A stretch of 64,000 nt of DNA, from NCBI GenBank assembly GCA_052279835.1, contig CP181291.1, positions 4,768,001 to 4,832,000 on the forward strand. The letters run 5' to 3'. This DNA is from Microcoleus sp. (GTDB taxonomy: Bacteria > Cyanobacteriota > Cyanobacteriia > Cyanobacteriales > Microcoleaceae). Positions within the stretch are counted from its first letter, which is position 1, and each line of letters starts with the position of its first letter. Of this stretch, positions 40,118 through 51,367 are shown in pieces. A program made the position numbers and the translations under genes. The notes beneath the pieces were generated by a model, which was not told the origin of the DNA, did no database searches, and worked only from the letters and a program-made list of their open reading frames with translations.

Positions 40118-43100
40118 CTAAAATCCATTGACAGCACTGAGCTTTTGAAAACCAGCCAGAATCACCTCTAATTCAGCAATCAGGGAAGCAGCGCCTTCGA
40201 CATCCTCTGGCTGTGATTCGGCGCGATGTTGAAGTTGGGCAGCAATCTCAGGCATTAACCGCACCGCAGCCGTAGCGCTGACACCCTTAATTTGGTGAGC
40301 ATAGCGCCCTAGGGCTTCGGCATTTCCCGCGGCGAGGGCTTGTTTAGCAGATTCTAAATAATTGCTAGTATCAACCACAAAAGCTTCTAATATCTCCCGT
40401 TCAAACTCTAAATCAGCCCCAGTAATTTCGTGCAAATGTTCGACATCTACTAAAGATTCTAGATCGAGTTTTATCTCTGTTTTTAGCTCCTTAGCAGAAG
40501 TCGGTGAATTGTCAATATTAGATGTTTGATGCTTAATTCTTAACTGGGCAGACCATTTTTCTAGTACAGCTTTTAACTTTTCCATCGAAATTGGCTTGCT
40601 GATATAATCATCCATGCCAGCGGCCAGACACTTTTCTCGATCGCCCTTCAAAGCATTGGCAGTCATCGCAATCACCACTGTCTGTTGGTGTGGCTGCATC
40701 TCACCAGAGCCAATGGCTGCGGCTTCGAGGCGACGCAATCGAGCAGTAGCTTCATAACCGTCTAAAACTGGCATTTGACAATCCATTAACACAATATCAT
40801 ACTTCTGGAGCGCCACCATAGATAAAGCCTCTTCACCGTTATTAGCCACATCGGCCGCACCTCCCAAAACTCTCATTTGATTCAGACAAACTTTTTGATT
40901 AATGGGAGTATCTTCCACTAACAAAATCTTCAAGTTAGCTAACTCCTGTTGTTTAGCAACTAATTCTCCATCGACAGTACCTGTGGCCATGGAATTTGCC
41001 TCCTCTTCCTTCACTACCGCATCAGGGGCGATCGCCTTTACCAAACATTCCAACACCCGATGAGTTTTGACAGGTTTAATTAAGTAACCACTAAAACCTG
41101 CATTCAATAAGCGTTGTGCCTCTTCTATCTGAACCACAGAAGTCAAAACTACCCACTTAGTTTGCTGCATTGCTGACTCAGAAATAATTAAACGTTCCAG
41201 ACTTCCTCGGACCATTTCTGGTAACTGAATATCAACCAAAGCAATATCAATGGGGCTATTTTGGCTGATAGCTTTGTACAAAGAGGCGATCGCCATCCAG
41301 CCACTATCAGCTTCCTGAACTTCCATTCCCCAAACCACAGCCATTCTCCGCAGCATTTCTCGCACCGGCGACTTATCGCTAGCCACCAAGATTTTTTTAC
41401 CCGCCAGCATTTTTTGCAAATTCACTTCGGCAGCCGTCGCTGTAGGAGTTACCATCTCCTTAATAGCAGGTAAACTAAACCAAAAAGTCGAACCAGCACC
41501 GGGGGTACTTTCGACACCAATTTCACCGCCACTCAACTCCACCAACTGTTTGCAAATTGCCAGTCCCAAACCAGTGCCTCCATACTTTCTAGTAGTAGAA
41601 GCATCAACTTGAGTAAAAGATTGAAATAGTTTTTTCTGATCTTCTGGATAAATACCAATCCCACTATCTTTAATTTTAAATATCAAATATTGTTCCCTTT
41701 CTACTCCCAAAACTAACGGTTGTCTCTCCTCAGTTTTTTGGGGAATTATGGTTGTCAATAAACCTTTCTGACTCGAAATAGATACCTCAATTATGACTTC
41801 TCCTCCCTCGGTAAATTTAATAGCATTATTTATCAAATTAGTAAGAATTTGACGCAACCTTACCGCATCACCTTTAATTTGTAACGGTACATCTCTGTCA
41901 ATCAAAGCTACCAATTCTATATCTTTTTGTTGTGCAGGAGTTGCCAACAACTCCAAGACTTCCTCCAGACAGATACTGACATTAAATCCTATAGTTTCCA
42001 ATCGCATTTCTCCAGCTTCCAGTTTCGAGAGGTCAAGAATATCATTAATGATTGACAGCAGATTTTGACCACTAACTTTCAATGTCTGCATAAAGTCAAG
42101 TTGTTCGGGAGTCAGATTAGTTTTCAATAGCAAATCAGTCATTCCCATCACCCCATTCATGGGAGTCCGAATTTCGTGACTCATATTGGCTAAAAATAGC
42201 GACTTCATCCGAGACGCTTCTAGTGCAGCTTCCCGTGCTTGTTGGGCTTGTTCAAACAGAGTAGATTGCTGAATGGCGATCGCCAACTGTACGCTCAATC
42301 TACCCAACAAATCCACCTCAGAAGCAGTCCAAGCGCGACAATTGCTGCACTGGTGAGCAACCAGCAATCCCCACAATCGATTTTGACTCGTTTCTAAAAT
42401 CCCTTCCTGCAAGCCTGTCTGGGGATTTTTAGAAAAGACTTGCGTGGTTAACTCCTGATTTTCATCAGCGATGAAAATAGGGACAACTAAATTAGCCCTT
42501 ACTTGCAAAGTAGCTAAAAAAGCCCGATGAGTTTCACTCAATTCGGCAGTATAAACATCTTCAATAGCTTGAATTTTTCCAGCCATGTACATCGCTTTGT
42601 AACTCTCACCAAAACAATTGTCTTGAAGCTTTCTGCCCAGCATTGGCATCCAATCATCGCCTACAGATTCAACCACCACCACTCCGGTTTTATTTGATTC
42701 AAAACGGTAAATTACAGTGCGGTCAGTTGCTAGTAATTGTCGAATTTCTTGGACAGCAGTGTTAAGAGTTTGAGTGAGGTTAAGAGACTGGCGAACCCGC
42801 TGAGCCACCGCCGACACCAACCGTTCCTGTTCTGCTTGTTGCCGGAGCATTCTTTCGGCTTTCTTGCGTTCAGTGACATCGCGAATTACCGTAGCAAAAC
42901 ACAGTGGTTCTCTGTTCTTCGGGTGTTTCACCAGAAAAACGTTCATCAAAGCATCAAAGCGTTTACCGCTGTGTAAATGTTGCAGTATACCTTCTCCTTG
43001 CCACTGTCCCTGAGTGCGAATTTTTGGCAAAATCTCTTGAATAAACTTCTGTTGAAAACCGACACCGATATAATCCCAAATCTCTGTATAGAGAGCTTGA

Positions 43101-44734
43101 GAAATATTTTCTAAACCCACCAGTCGCCGTCCAGCTTCGTTGACAAACAATGTTTGCCCTTCCAGGGTAGCCATGGCGATAAAATCGCTGCTATTTTCAA
43201 TGAGGGAAACAAATTTTTGGCGTTCTTCTTCTGCTCTTTTCCGTTCAGTAATGTCGCGTTTGACACAAACATGACAAATGACATCACCGCCATCATTAAT
43301 CACAGAATATGCAGCTACATCGATCGCCAAAGTTCTTCCATTTTTAGTTAAATTAGTAGTTTCACCCCTAAAACTTCCATTGTTACTTAAACTTTTGGCA
43401 ATTTCCCAAAATCGCTCCCCCGTAATCTGCCGAGGCGTTTCTGTTTCTAATTCGTCATCTGTATATTCTAGGAGAGATTGGTGAGCGCAATTTTGTTCGA
43501 TAAAAAACCCATCAGCATCAATAATCACGATCGCATCGTTGGAGTTTAAAAATATTTGTCGGTAAAGTTTGAGCTTTTCCTCATCCCGTTTGCGTTCAGT
43601 GATATCTCTGTTGACAGTCACGTAACAAACTACATGGTTAGCTTCATTTACCACAGAAAAAGCCGAAAGTTCTACCTCCACAATTCCCGCTTCCACAGTC
43701 TTAAAACAGGTAATTTCACCTCGATAGCTTCCGGTGAGAGCTAAGCTTTCGAGAATCGATGCAAAGGTGTCTTCTCCTAGGTGGACTGCGGGCGTTTCTC
43801 GTTCCAATGCTGATTCGCTGTAGCCCAGCAAAGCCGTGTGAGCTAGATTTCTTTCCCAATAATATCCTTGGGGGTCGATAATCGCGATCGCATCGTGGGA
43901 TTTTAAAAATATTTCTTGATAGAGTTGCAGCTTCAATTCAGCTTGTTTTCGTCCGCTCACATCCAGGAACAAACCGTAATAAAGCACAGCCCCAGACTGT
44001 TGCATTTCAGGATGTGCATCCCCTCGAATCCATTTAAGTTTTCCAGAGGGGGTGACAATTCTGCCTTCCCAGCGCCAAGGCTGCAAATTTTCAGCAGCCA
44101 GGAGTACAGAATTGACAAATTCATCTCGATCTTCAGGATGAATTAAGTCAACAATTATCTGAATATCTTGCTGAGCAGCAAGAGGTTCAATTTCATACAA
44201 GTCTAGACAACCTGCACTCAAAAAAGAGAAAGCCAGGGAGCCATCGGGATGCAAATCAACTTGATACACCGTACCTGGTATATTAGCCGTAATTTTTTGT
44301 AGTTGGGCTTGGCTTTCACGTCTAGCTCGCTCTGCTGTGGAGGATTCTGTAATCTGGCGAGAAAAACCCAAAATTGCGAATACATTTCCCGCAGCATCAT
44401 ACACAGGCAGTTTTTGGGTGTCAAAGATGTGATGTTTGCCGTTAGTAAAGGCGATAGGGCTGTCAGGATTGTGAATTTTCTCCCCAGCGAGTACGGCTCG
44501 CTCTTCTTCGCGCCAGCCTCTAATTCCGCCATCGCGATCGCCAAATACTACTGTTTCCGAAAATCCTAATTCTATATCATCTTTGCCAATAATTTCGGCA
44601 ACTTTTTTCCCTAAGTATTGAGCAAAACTTTGATTGACTAAAATGTATCTAAAATTTCGATCTTTTGCAAAAACTATGTCCGGGGTAGCGTCTATGAAAC
44701 TTCGCAGCAATAGTTGTTGATTTTCACAGGACAA
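40118..44734 (-). CDS. Hybrid sensor histidine kinase (5 PAS, GAF, HisKA, HATPase, 2 REC, Hpt)
   Basis: [39 protein letters not shown] and AHQIKG motifs. The TTG start is uncertain. Confidence 0.93.
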   Translation of the reverse strand: MSCENQQLLLRSFIDATPDIVFAKDRNFRYILVNQSFAQYLGKKVAEIIGKDDIELGFSETVVFGDRDGGIRGWREEERAVLAGEKIHNPDSPIAFTNGKHHIFDTQKLPVYDAAGNVFAILGFSRQITESSTAERARRESQAQLQKITANIPGTVYQVDLHPDGSLAFSFLSAGCLDLYEIEPLAAQQDIQIIVDLIHPEDRDEFVNSVLLAAENLQPWRWEGRIVTPSGKLKWIRGDAHPEMQQSGAVLYYGLFLDVSGRKQAELKLQLYQEIFLKSHDAIAIIDPQGYYWERNLAHTALLGYSESALERETPAVHLGEDTFASILESLALTGSYRGEITCFKTVEAGIVEVELSAFSVVNEANHVVCYVTVNRDITERKRDEEKLKLYRQIFLNSNDAIVIIDADGFFIEQNCAHQSLLEYTDDELETETPRQITGERFWEIAKSLSNNGSFRGETTNLTKNGRTLAIDVAAYSVINDGGDVICHVCVKRDITERKRAEEERQKFVSLIENSSDFIAMATLEGQTLFVNEAGRRLVGLENISQALYTEIWDYIGVGFQQKFIQEILPKIRTQGQWQGEGILQHLHSGKRFDALMNVFLVKHPKNREPLCFATVIRDVTERKKAERMLRQQAEQERLVSAVAQRVRQSLNLTQTLNTAVQEIRQLLATDRTVIYRFESNKTGVVVVESVGDDWMPMLGRKLQDNCFGESYKAMYMAGKIQAIEDVYTAELSETHRAFLATLQVRANLVVPIFIADENQELTTQVFSKNPQTGLQEGILETSQNRLWGLLVAHQCSNCRAWTASEVDLLGRLSVQLAIAIQQSTLFEQAQQAREAALEASRMKSLFLANMSHEIRTPMNGVMGMTDLLLKTNLTPEQLDFMQTLKVSGQNLLSIINDILDLSKLEAGEMRLETIGFNVSICLEEVLELLATPAQQKDIELVALIDRDVPLQIKGDAVRLRQILTNLINNAIKFTEGGEVIIEVSISSQKGLLTTIIPQKTEERQPLVLGVEREQYLIFKIKDSGIGIYPEDQKKLFQSFTQVDASTTRKYGGTGLGLAICKQLVELSGGEIGVESTPGAGSTFWFSLPAIKEMVTPTATAAEVNLQKMLAGKKILVASDKSPVREMLRRMAVVWGMEVQEADSGWMAIASLYKAISQNSPIDIALVDIQLPEMVRGSLERLIISESAMQQTKWVVLTSVVQIEEAQRLLNAGFSGYLIKPVKTHRVLECLVKAIAPDAVVKEEEANSMATGTVDGELVAKQQELANLKILLVEDTPINQKVCLNQMRVLGGAADVANNGEEALSMVALQKYDIVLMDCQMPVLDGYEATARLRRLEAAAIGSGEMQPHQQTVVIAMTANALKGDREKCLAAGMDDYISKPISMEKLKAVLEKWSAQLRIKHQTSNIDNSPTSAKELKTEIKLDLESLVDVEHLHEITGADLEFEREILEAFVVDTSNYLESAKQALAAGNAEALGRYAHQIKGVSATAAVRLMPEIAAQLQHRAESQPEDVEGAASLIAELEVILAGFQKLSAVNGF

Positions 44735-45278
44735 ATCTAAGGGAAAATTCTGAGTCGCTGAGAAACTCTAGGTTTCGCTGTTTAGATAATAAATTTTCCC
44801 AGGCTTGGGAACAGATGTGAGCCGTCGTATGGAGCAAGCACAGGCTATCGAAATCAAAAACCTTCGCCGCCACTGCACCGATGAACAACACTCCCAAAAA
44901 TTCTGTGCTTTCATCGAGCATCACCGGAGCCATCAACACAGATTTCAACTCAACAATTGGGGGGTGTTCCAGATTGTGCGCCCAATCGCGATTTCCTCCC
45001 AGCCATTGAGTGCGAGCCTCCCGCAAGCGAGACTCAATTTCCGATGTTGTTGCTTCAGTTAACGGCGCTGAGTTTTGACAGTAGATGCGATCGTCCGAAT
45101 GGGTCAAAATAGCGATCGCTTCTGTGGGAATCAAGCGCCCTAGATATTCGATACCAGCAGACCAAATTTCCTCAGCACCGAAAGCTAATTGCACTTTAGC
45201 AGTCAGTTCCTTAAAAACTTGCACTTCCAAGGTACGCTGGCGGACTTTTGCTTTGAGGCTGGCGGCTAGGATTTGCAT
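44724..45278 (-). CDS. GAF-like domain protein (possibly the split N-terminus of the kinase)
   Basis: SVLMAPV...LGVLFIG...FD...L GAF-like pattern. Overlaps the kinase ORF by 11 nt. Confidence 0.6.
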   Translation of the reverse strand: MQILAASLKAKVRQRTLEVQVFKELTAKVQLAFGAEEIWSAGIEYLGRLIPTEAIAILTHSDDRIYCQNSAPLTEATTSEIESRLREARTQWLGGNRDWAHNLEHPPIVELKSVLMAPVMLDESTEFLGVLFIGAVAAKVFDFDSLCLLHTTAHICSQAWENLLSKQRNLEFLSDSEFSLRFVL

Positions 45279-45638
45279 AGTGCTGATTACACTGATTTGC
45301 TGATGTTATGTTGATTGATTATCAAATTTTTTTCAACAAAAATGGTTAAATATATTTGACAACAATACAAATTTTTGATACTTATCCTGCATTCTACCTT
45401 TAAAAAAAACAGTATAGCAAACCCCAAGGCAGTTAGGAGGTTTTGCAGTGCTCCAAGCATTGATGTTCTGGCATTTTCCTTCTAACTTATTTTTATCCTC
45501 AGCCAGTTGACCCCTAGGGAAGAGGAAGGGAGCCTTCTTGCTTCTTGCTTCAACATATGCGATCGTCCCACTCTAGCGGGAGCGAAGCAACAGCACAAAA
45601 CACCTGCTTCACTCCGGTGGCTGGGCGTGAGGACGAAA

Positions 45639-46040
45639 CTATCCCATTAAAATTACGGTATCTATGACGTGGATCACACCGTTATCAGCTTCGATATCGG
45701 CAGCGACAACAGTAGCATTTTTTACCTCAAAACCGTCTGAGCAATCAATTTTAATCGGTGAACCTTCCAGGGAAGTGACAGAACCGAGTTTTGCCAAATC
45801 AGCCTTCATAAACTTGCCAGAGACAACGTGAAACATCAGAATCCGGCTCAGTTGGGGAACGTTCTGTACTAAAGTGGTGATAGTTCCGGGCGGCAACTTG
45901 GCAAAGGCGTCGTCATTGGGTGCAAAAACAGTGAAAGGGCCCGGACTTTTGAGGGCGTCTACCAAATTAGCCACTTGCACCGCTGTTACCAGGGTTTGGA
46001 ACGAACCAGCACCTACAGCAATATCAACAATATCAGGCAT
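45639..46040 (-). CDS. Fasciclin (FAS1) domain protein
   Basis: [11 protein letters not shown] and NGVIHVID motifs. Confidence 0.93.
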   Translation of the reverse strand: MPDIVDIAVGAGSFQTLVTAVQVANLVDALKSPGPFTVFAPNDDAFAKLPPGTITTLVQNVPQLSRILMFHVVSGKFMKADLAKLGSVTSLEGSPIKIDCSDGFEVKNATVVAADIEADNGVIHVIDTVILMG

Positions 46041-46267
46041 TCAGTTTTACCTCATCTCATAAAATTTCTCCACTAAGTATCGTAAACTGATGTGGCAAAC
46101 AATACCTACTTTATTTGTGAAAAAATTGCTAATTGGGAAATTAATAAATATTATCCCTTCTTGTGAGTAGCTGAAATTAAATTACCCAATTTCCCATTGC
46201 CAATTCCCCAAACTAATAAGGGGCGCACTGCGCCCCCTACTAATTAACTAACTAAAGTGGTAAACAA

Positions 46268-46712
46268 TTATTTGCCACCGATTTGCACTTTCACTACGCG
46301 GTTCTTTTCCGCTTCGGCTTTGGGCAAATTCAGGCTCAAAACCCCATTTTTATTGAGCTTCTACGCTGTCATTTTGAATGCGGGTAGGTAGGGGAATTAC
46401 CCGGCGGAAAGAGCCGTAACGGAATTCAGAGCGAGTCATACCTTTTTCTGTTGTCTGAGTTTCTGATCGCCGTTCGCCGCTGATAGCAACCGCTTCTGCT
46501 GTGACTTGCACGTCCAAATCTTCAGCTTCCATACCCGGAATTTCTAACTTGAGATGGATGGCTTCGGGAGTGTCGTGCATTTCGGCAGGCGGGACAAAAG
46601 CCACACCGTTAGAAGATCGATCGACTGCTGGTGTCAAACTATCAAACAACCGATTCATTTCGCGCTGTAACGAGTCCATTTCCCGCAAAGGTTCCCAACG
46701 AATAAGTGTCAT
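46268..46712 (-). pseudogene. Small heat-shock protein Hsp20, frameshifted near 46350
   Basis: Reads MTLIRWEP...SEFRYGSFRR. After an apparent 2-nt deletion, KNGVLSLNLPKAE...QIGGK* continues in another frame. Confidence 0.85.
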
Positions 46713-46880
46713 AGTTGATAACTGCTTTATGAAACTTACCTAAACTTATCTAAACTCATTTTTAGACACAATTCGAGTTCACTTCCTACGCTGTTGGGTA
46801 GACGGCTAATCCCAAGATAAGTAGGCTATCCCCCTCAAGCCGAGGGTTCCCAGTTTAAAATATTTAAACTTGCGTTAAAA
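46706..46880 (-). ncRNA. Putative omegaRNA (reRNA) of TnpB, including about 16 nt of guide from the flank
   Basis: Inferred from the established TnpB architecture (tnpB 3' end to right end plus flank). Boundaries are approximate. Confidence 0.5.
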
Positions 46881-47929
46881 TCACGCTCCAAAGATATGCC
46901 ACAAGTCGGACAATCAAAAGTCCGAACCCTGAGTGGCATCTCTTTTTTTGTACCACAATTGGAACAAGTCTTAGTGCTAGGAAACCACTGGTCTACCAAC
47001 ACTAAATTCGCTCCATACATTTTTGACTTGTAGTCTAGTTGACGTTGGAATTCGTAAAATCCGAGTTCGGATATTGCTCCAGCTAATTTGTGATTCGCCA
47101 TCATTCCTTGAACATTCAAGTTTTCGATCTTAATTAACTTGAATGTCTTGGCTAAATAAGTGGTCAACTTGTGGAGGAAATCTAAGCGAATACGAGCTAT
47201 CCGAGCATGGAGCTGCCTAATCTTGTCGTAGGTCTTGCGCTGGTTTTGAGAACCTTTTACCTGTTTCGATGCTTGACGCTGCAAGGTAGCAAGCTTGGTT
47301 TTCGCACTGGCTTTCAACGGCTTTGGTGCATCAAAGGTCTGCTGGGTTGACAGCGTGGCAAAAGACTTGATACCGATATCTATGCCTACAGAACCTCCAG
47401 ACTCCTGAACAGGTAGACGTTCGGCATCAACACAGAACGAGACAAACCAACGACTTCCTTCTTTTGAAACCGTAAAAGTTTGAGAAATAAAACCACATTC
47501 TAATGGTTCAAAAAGCCGAAAAGTTCCCAGCGTAGGGATTTTAATGGTGCTACCAGCGACCAACAAAACTTTGCCGTTAGACGAATCGACTCTAAAGGAT
47601 TGACTGTCTCTGCGGCGGGCGAATCTTGGATGACCTGCTTTCCCAGAGCGATACCGATTGAAAGCATCTTTTAGATCGATTAACGCATTTTGGTAAACTC
47701 GACTAGATAACTGGTTCATCCAAGCAAATTCAGGCTTTTTCTTGACGTAGTTGGTGAGAACTTTCTTGATTTCGCCTATCACCTTCGAGTCGGTAAATTT
47801 CGCTTCGCTATACATTTGAGTCCGCAAGCTCAGCCCAAAGTTAAATACTACGCGCCGGAACCCTGCGTGTTTTGCCATCACGGTCGCTTCTGTGTTATTT
47901 AGTTTTAGCGCTCGTTTGACAGCAAACAT
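46835..47929 (-). CDS. tnpB: RNA-guided endonuclease TnpB
   Basis: RuvC residues in GIDIG, IENL and ERDFNAS; Zn finger CSNC...CPTC. Confidence 0.93.
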   Translation of the reverse strand: MFAVKRALKLNNTEATVMAKHAGFRRVVFNFGLSLRTQMYSEAKFTDSKVIGEIKKVLTNYVKKKPEFAWMNQLSSRVYQNALIDLKDAFNRYRSGKAGHPRFARRRDSQSFRVDSSNGKVLLVAGSTIKIPTLGTFRLFEPLECGFISQTFTVSKEGSRWFVSFCVDAERLPVQESGGSVGIDIGIKSFATLSTQQTFDAPKPLKASAKTKLATLQRQASKQVKGSQNQRKTYDKIRQLHARIARIRLDFLHKLTTYLAKTFKLIKIENLNVQGMMANHKLAGAISELGFYEFQRQLDYKSKMYGANLVLVDQWFPSTKTCSNCGTKKEMPLRVRTFDCPTCGISLERDFNASLNILNWEPSA

Positions 47930-47931
47930 AG

Positions 47932-48057
47932 TTAAACTTTACTAGAATTTGTTGCTTGACTAAGTATAGCGGAATCCGCACAAGGATCTACACCGTCTAC
48001 AATATTCTTAACTTTTGCTTTGTATTTCCGCAGTCCGTAGAGTCGGGAAGAAAAACA
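47932..48057 (-). pseudogene. IS607 TnpA (serine recombinase) C-terminal remnant
   Basis: Translates to CFSSRLYGLRKYK..., the typical IS607 TnpA C-terminal motif. Confidence 0.8.
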
Positions 48058-48094
48058 GTCTTGATTCGGGTCTTTTACTCGCTATCTTGGTAAC

Positions 48095-48397
48095 TCACTG
48101 TCTTGTCCATCGCGAGTGTCCAAAAGAAGCGTAGGTATTAAACAAAGCACCCACTAAACCAAAAGTAGTGCCAATCACCAAAAACCCCTGGAGGGGACAA
48201 CCACTGCCAAAAGTAGCCAAAAACTGTAAAATCAGGTGTTCCCCAGAACGACCAACCCCTTGGAGAGCAGGCACCAGACCGATCAGCAAAAAGCTAGTCC
48301 ATCCCACGCCGATTAACAATAAAGGGGCGAAAAAGCTCAACAGGCTGCTCAGCAGTACGGAGCGAAGAAAATTTGGAAAAATGCTCATAGGAGTCAC
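48095..48397 (-). CDS. Hypothetical membrane protein
   Basis: Hydrophobic ORF with FLATFGSG.P..G motif. Confidence 0.7.
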   Translation of the reverse strand: MTPMSIFPNFLRSVLLSSLLSFFAPLLLIGVGWTSFLLIGLVPALQGVGRSGEHLILQFLATFGSGCPLQGFLVIGTTFGLVGALFNTYASFGHSRWTRQ

Positions 48398-48576
48398 TAA
48401 ATTCAGCTAAACTGCCGAAAGGTGTACAAGTCAACAAAACCTGTCTTTTTCCAAGATAGGTAGCGATCGCCCTTCGCGGCTAATTCCGTCAGAAATCTTA
48501 AATGTTAGAGAAGAAACTTGTTTAAGATTTGTAGATAGATTTCATTTTTTCCAGTAGTTATACAGTCCCAATCCCC

Positions 48577-49371
48577 GTGAGCCCTACTACATCTTCGAGT
48601 CTCACTTTATGGAGTCGGCGGTTACTAGCAGCAATTTTATTGGGAGGCCAAGTAATGCTGCACTTACTCACCCGCAAAATTAACCGTCGCAACACCCTGG
48701 ACCAAATGGCAGCAGTTGGCCCAGAATCCCTGTTGATTGCTTTGCTGACAGCGGGTTTTGTCGGCATGGTATTTACAGTCCAGGTAGCCAGAGAATTTAT
48801 TAGCCTCGGTGCCGGCAATGTCGTAGGCGGAGTGTTGGCCCTGTCTTTGACTCGCGAACTAGGCCCGGTTTTAACCGCCGTGATTGTCACCGGACGAGTC
48901 GGTTCGGCTTTTGCGGCGGAAATCGGCACAATGCAGGTAACAGAGCAGATAGACGCCCTGCTGATGCTCAGAACAGACCCGATCGACTATCTCGTAATTC
49001 CCCGCGTCATTGCTTGCTGCTTGATGCTACCAATTTTAACCATCTTGTCCCTCGTGACAGGCATCGCTGGGGGATTGCTGATTGCGACGACGATGTACGG
49101 AGTCTCTCAAACCGTGTTTCTAGAATCAGTCCGCAGTTTTCTGACACTGTGGGATATTAGCAGCGCCACCATTAAAGCTTTTGTCTTCGGTGCTTTGATT
49201 GCTGTGATCGGTACAAGCTGGGGTTTGACCACCACAGGTGGGGCCAAGGGAGTCGGCCAATCGACTACAACTGCCGTGGTGACAGCTTTGCTGGCTATTT
49301 TTATCTGTAATTTTTTGATGACTTGGGTGATGTTTCAGGGGACTGGTAGCAGCGTACTCAAAGGCCTTTAA
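48577..49371 (+). CDS. mlaE: MlaE/TGD1-family lipid ABC transporter permease
   Basis: RELGPVLTA, GSAFAAEIGTM.VTEQIDAL and GGAKGVG motifs. Confidence 0.92.
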   Translation: MSPTTSSSLTLWSRRLLAAILLGGQVMLHLLTRKINRRNTLDQMAAVGPESLLIALLTAGFVGMVFTVQVAREFISLGAGNVVGGVLALSLTRELGPVLTAVIVTGRVGSAFAAEIGTMQVTEQIDALLMLRTDPIDYLVIPRVIACCLMLPILTILSLVTGIAGGLLIATTMYGVSQTVFLESVRSFLTLWDISSATIKAFVFGALIAVIGTSWGLTTTGGAKGVGQSTTTAVVTALLAIFICNFLMTWVMFQGTGSSVLKGL

Positions 49372-49424
49372 GCTGGGAAACTGTAAAATATAAATTATTG
49401 ACAAAATTCGTTTGGCCCAAGCCC

Positions 49425-49817
49425 GTGAATACAACTGCCTCTTCTAGCACACCGACAAATACGATCGAACTTGAACCGAGTTATGCGATTCCCCTAGTCC
49501 TCGTGCTTGCCTCCGTACCGCTGCTGTTCGTGCAGAAGTGGGTGAGTTTGCCAATTTCGCTGTTCGGCTTGTTTTTGATGTATCAAGCTGCTACCATCCG
49601 TCTGCAATTCACCCCAACCAATTTGGACATTTATCGATCGCAAAAGTTAATTCGCCAGTTTCCTTACCGAGAATGGCAAAATTGGCGGATATTTTGGCCC
49701 GCAGTGCCAATTTTGTTTTACTTCAAAGAAATTAACAGTATTCACTTTCTGCCGGTTCTGTTCGATCGTAAAATGCTACAGACTTGCTTAGAACAGCGTT
49801 GTCCCCGTCAAGACTGA
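49425..49817 (+). CDS. DUF3119 family protein
   Basis: FPY.EW.NWRIFW...PILFYFKE..SIHFLP signature and conserved synteny. Confidence 0.85.
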   Translation: MNTTASSSTPTNTIELEPSYAIPLVLVLASVPLLFVQKWVSLPISLFGLFLMYQAATIRLQFTPTNLDIYRSQKLIRQFPYREWQNWRIFWPAVPILFYFKEINSIHFLPVLFDRKMLQTCLEQRCPRQD

Positions 49818-49876
49818 AAAAGTTGTTAATTTTTAATTTTTAACTTTTCCGTGCCCCATGCTAAACAAAATTTCCC

Positions 49877-51226
49877 ATGAATTCAGACGAATCTCCAACC
49901 CAAGAACCACAAGCACCACCAGTCGTCCCGCCAACCGTTGAGAGCGAGTCTAATTTGCCCGTGCATCAGGATTTCGACCAACTCCCATCGCCCACAGACG
50001 ATTTACCAAGCGTTGAGATGGAGAAACCAGAACCCCTCGGCCAAATTGGGCCAGAAACAGACATCCAGTTAAGCGCGACAGATTCCGAAATCGCCCAATT
50101 CGTAGACCAAGCAAGTGCCCTCGCCCCAATTGCGCCTCCTACCGAGTTAAACCTGGGCCAGGAGGAGTCCCCCATCGCTCAAATCGAGTCGCAGAAAGAC
50201 TCTACCCCAACCCCCGTGGCAGAAATGGTCACAGAGAACCCAGAAAATGTTACCGAAAACTTGGCAGAGCGAGTCCAAACATTGCAACAACAAGCACAAG
50301 ATTTGACCGAGAAAATTGCTAAATTGGAATCGGAAAAAGTCCAAGCCAAACAAGTATTGGCTGAGGCTCAAGCATCGATGGGACGTTTGGTACAAGACAG
50401 CTTGATTCAATTAGAGCAGCGCAAACAAACGTTACAAATAGAAGTAGAAAAACTAGAACGTCGGCGCGATCGCATTCAAAAAGAAATGCGAACCACTTTC
50501 GCAGGTGTTTCCCAAGATTTAGCAATTCGAGTCCAGGGTTTCAAAGACTATCTAGTAGGCAGTTTGCAGGATTTAGCCGCCACCGCCGAACTCTTAGATT
50601 TGACACCCCCGGTGCCGGAAAAAACACAGCAATATACTGCGGAAGAATCTTCCTCCTCAGCACCGATCAATCCCAGATTTTCCGAACAGGGATTTCAAGA
50701 ACAGGCCAAGCAAATTCGTCGCACTCTCGATCAATATCGCACTCTCCCGGACTATTATGGCCCGCCTTGGCAACTCCGCCGCACCTTTGAACCCATCCAC
50801 GCCGAACGAGTTTCTAACTGGTTTTTTACCCAAGGAGGAAGGGGTGCTTTGCGGACAATGGGTTCGCGCTTGCAAAATATCCTGATTACTTCGACAATTA
50901 TTTCTGTGCTCACCAGCGTCTATGGTAGTCGGGTGCGGACTTTGGTACTGGCCAACAGTCCAGAACGTTTGGGAGAATGGCGCCGGGGTTTGCAAGATTG
51001 TTTGGGGATTACTCGCAGCGATTTTGGCCCGGAACGGGGGATTATTATGTTTGAGTCTGCGGAGGCTTTGGCTCAAAAAGCCGATCGCTTGGTGAAAGAT
51101 GGCAAATTACCGTTAATTGTGATTGATGAAACTGAGGATTTAATTAGTTTGTCTATGCTGCAATTTCCACTGTGGCTAGCCTTTGCTCCCGATCCCCAAA
51201 GTTTGATAGCTGCTAAGGATTTTTAA
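49877..51226 (+). CDS. DUF3086 domain protein
   Basis: Coiled coil followed by FAGVSQDLAIRVQGFKDYL and PDYYGPPWQLRR. Confidence 0.85.
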   Translation: MNSDESPTQEPQAPPVVPPTVESESNLPVHQDFDQLPSPTDDLPSVEMEKPEPLGQIGPETDIQLSATDSEIAQFVDQASALAPIAPPTELNLGQEESPIAQIESQKDSTPTPVAEMVTENPENVTENLAERVQTLQQQAQDLTEKIAKLESEKVQAKQVLAEAQASMGRLVQDSLIQLEQRKQTLQIEVEKLERRRDRIQKEMRTTFAGVSQDLAIRVQGFKDYLVGSLQDLAATAELLDLTPPVPEKTQQYTAEESSSSAPINPRFSEQGFQEQAKQIRRTLDQYRTLPDYYGPPWQLRRTFEPIHAERVSNWFFTQGGRGALRTMGSRLQNILITSTIISVLTSVYGSRVRTLVLANSPERLGEWRRGLQDCLGITRSDFGPERGIIMFESAEALAQKADRLVKDGKLPLIVIDETEDLISLSMLQFPLWLAFAPDPQSLIAAKDF

Positions 51227-51314
51227 ATTGGTAATTGGTAATTGGTAATTGGTAATTGGTAATTGGTAATTGCTAATTGCTAATTGCTAATTGCTAATTG
51301 CTAATTGCTAATTG
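51226..51314. repeat. Heptamer STRR (AATTGGT)n(AATTGCT)n
   Basis: About 12 tandem units. Confidence 0.93.
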
Positions 51315-51367
51315 TGGTAGGAGAAAGGTTCCAAATCTTAAAAGTACACGAAATCTAAAATCAAAAC

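Larger units (their letters stand above)
46722..48057 (-). mobile_element. IS607-family element, left end lost
   Basis: Contains a tnpA C-terminal remnant and tnpB. The right end has 10-bp-period GTTTAG(A/G)TAA repeats ending in AAGCAG. Confidence 0.8.

Noticed and set aside
46722..48100. IStron (group I intron-IS607 chimera)
   Set aside because: No group I core is visible. The left portion is deleted and the insertion is outside a coding sequence.
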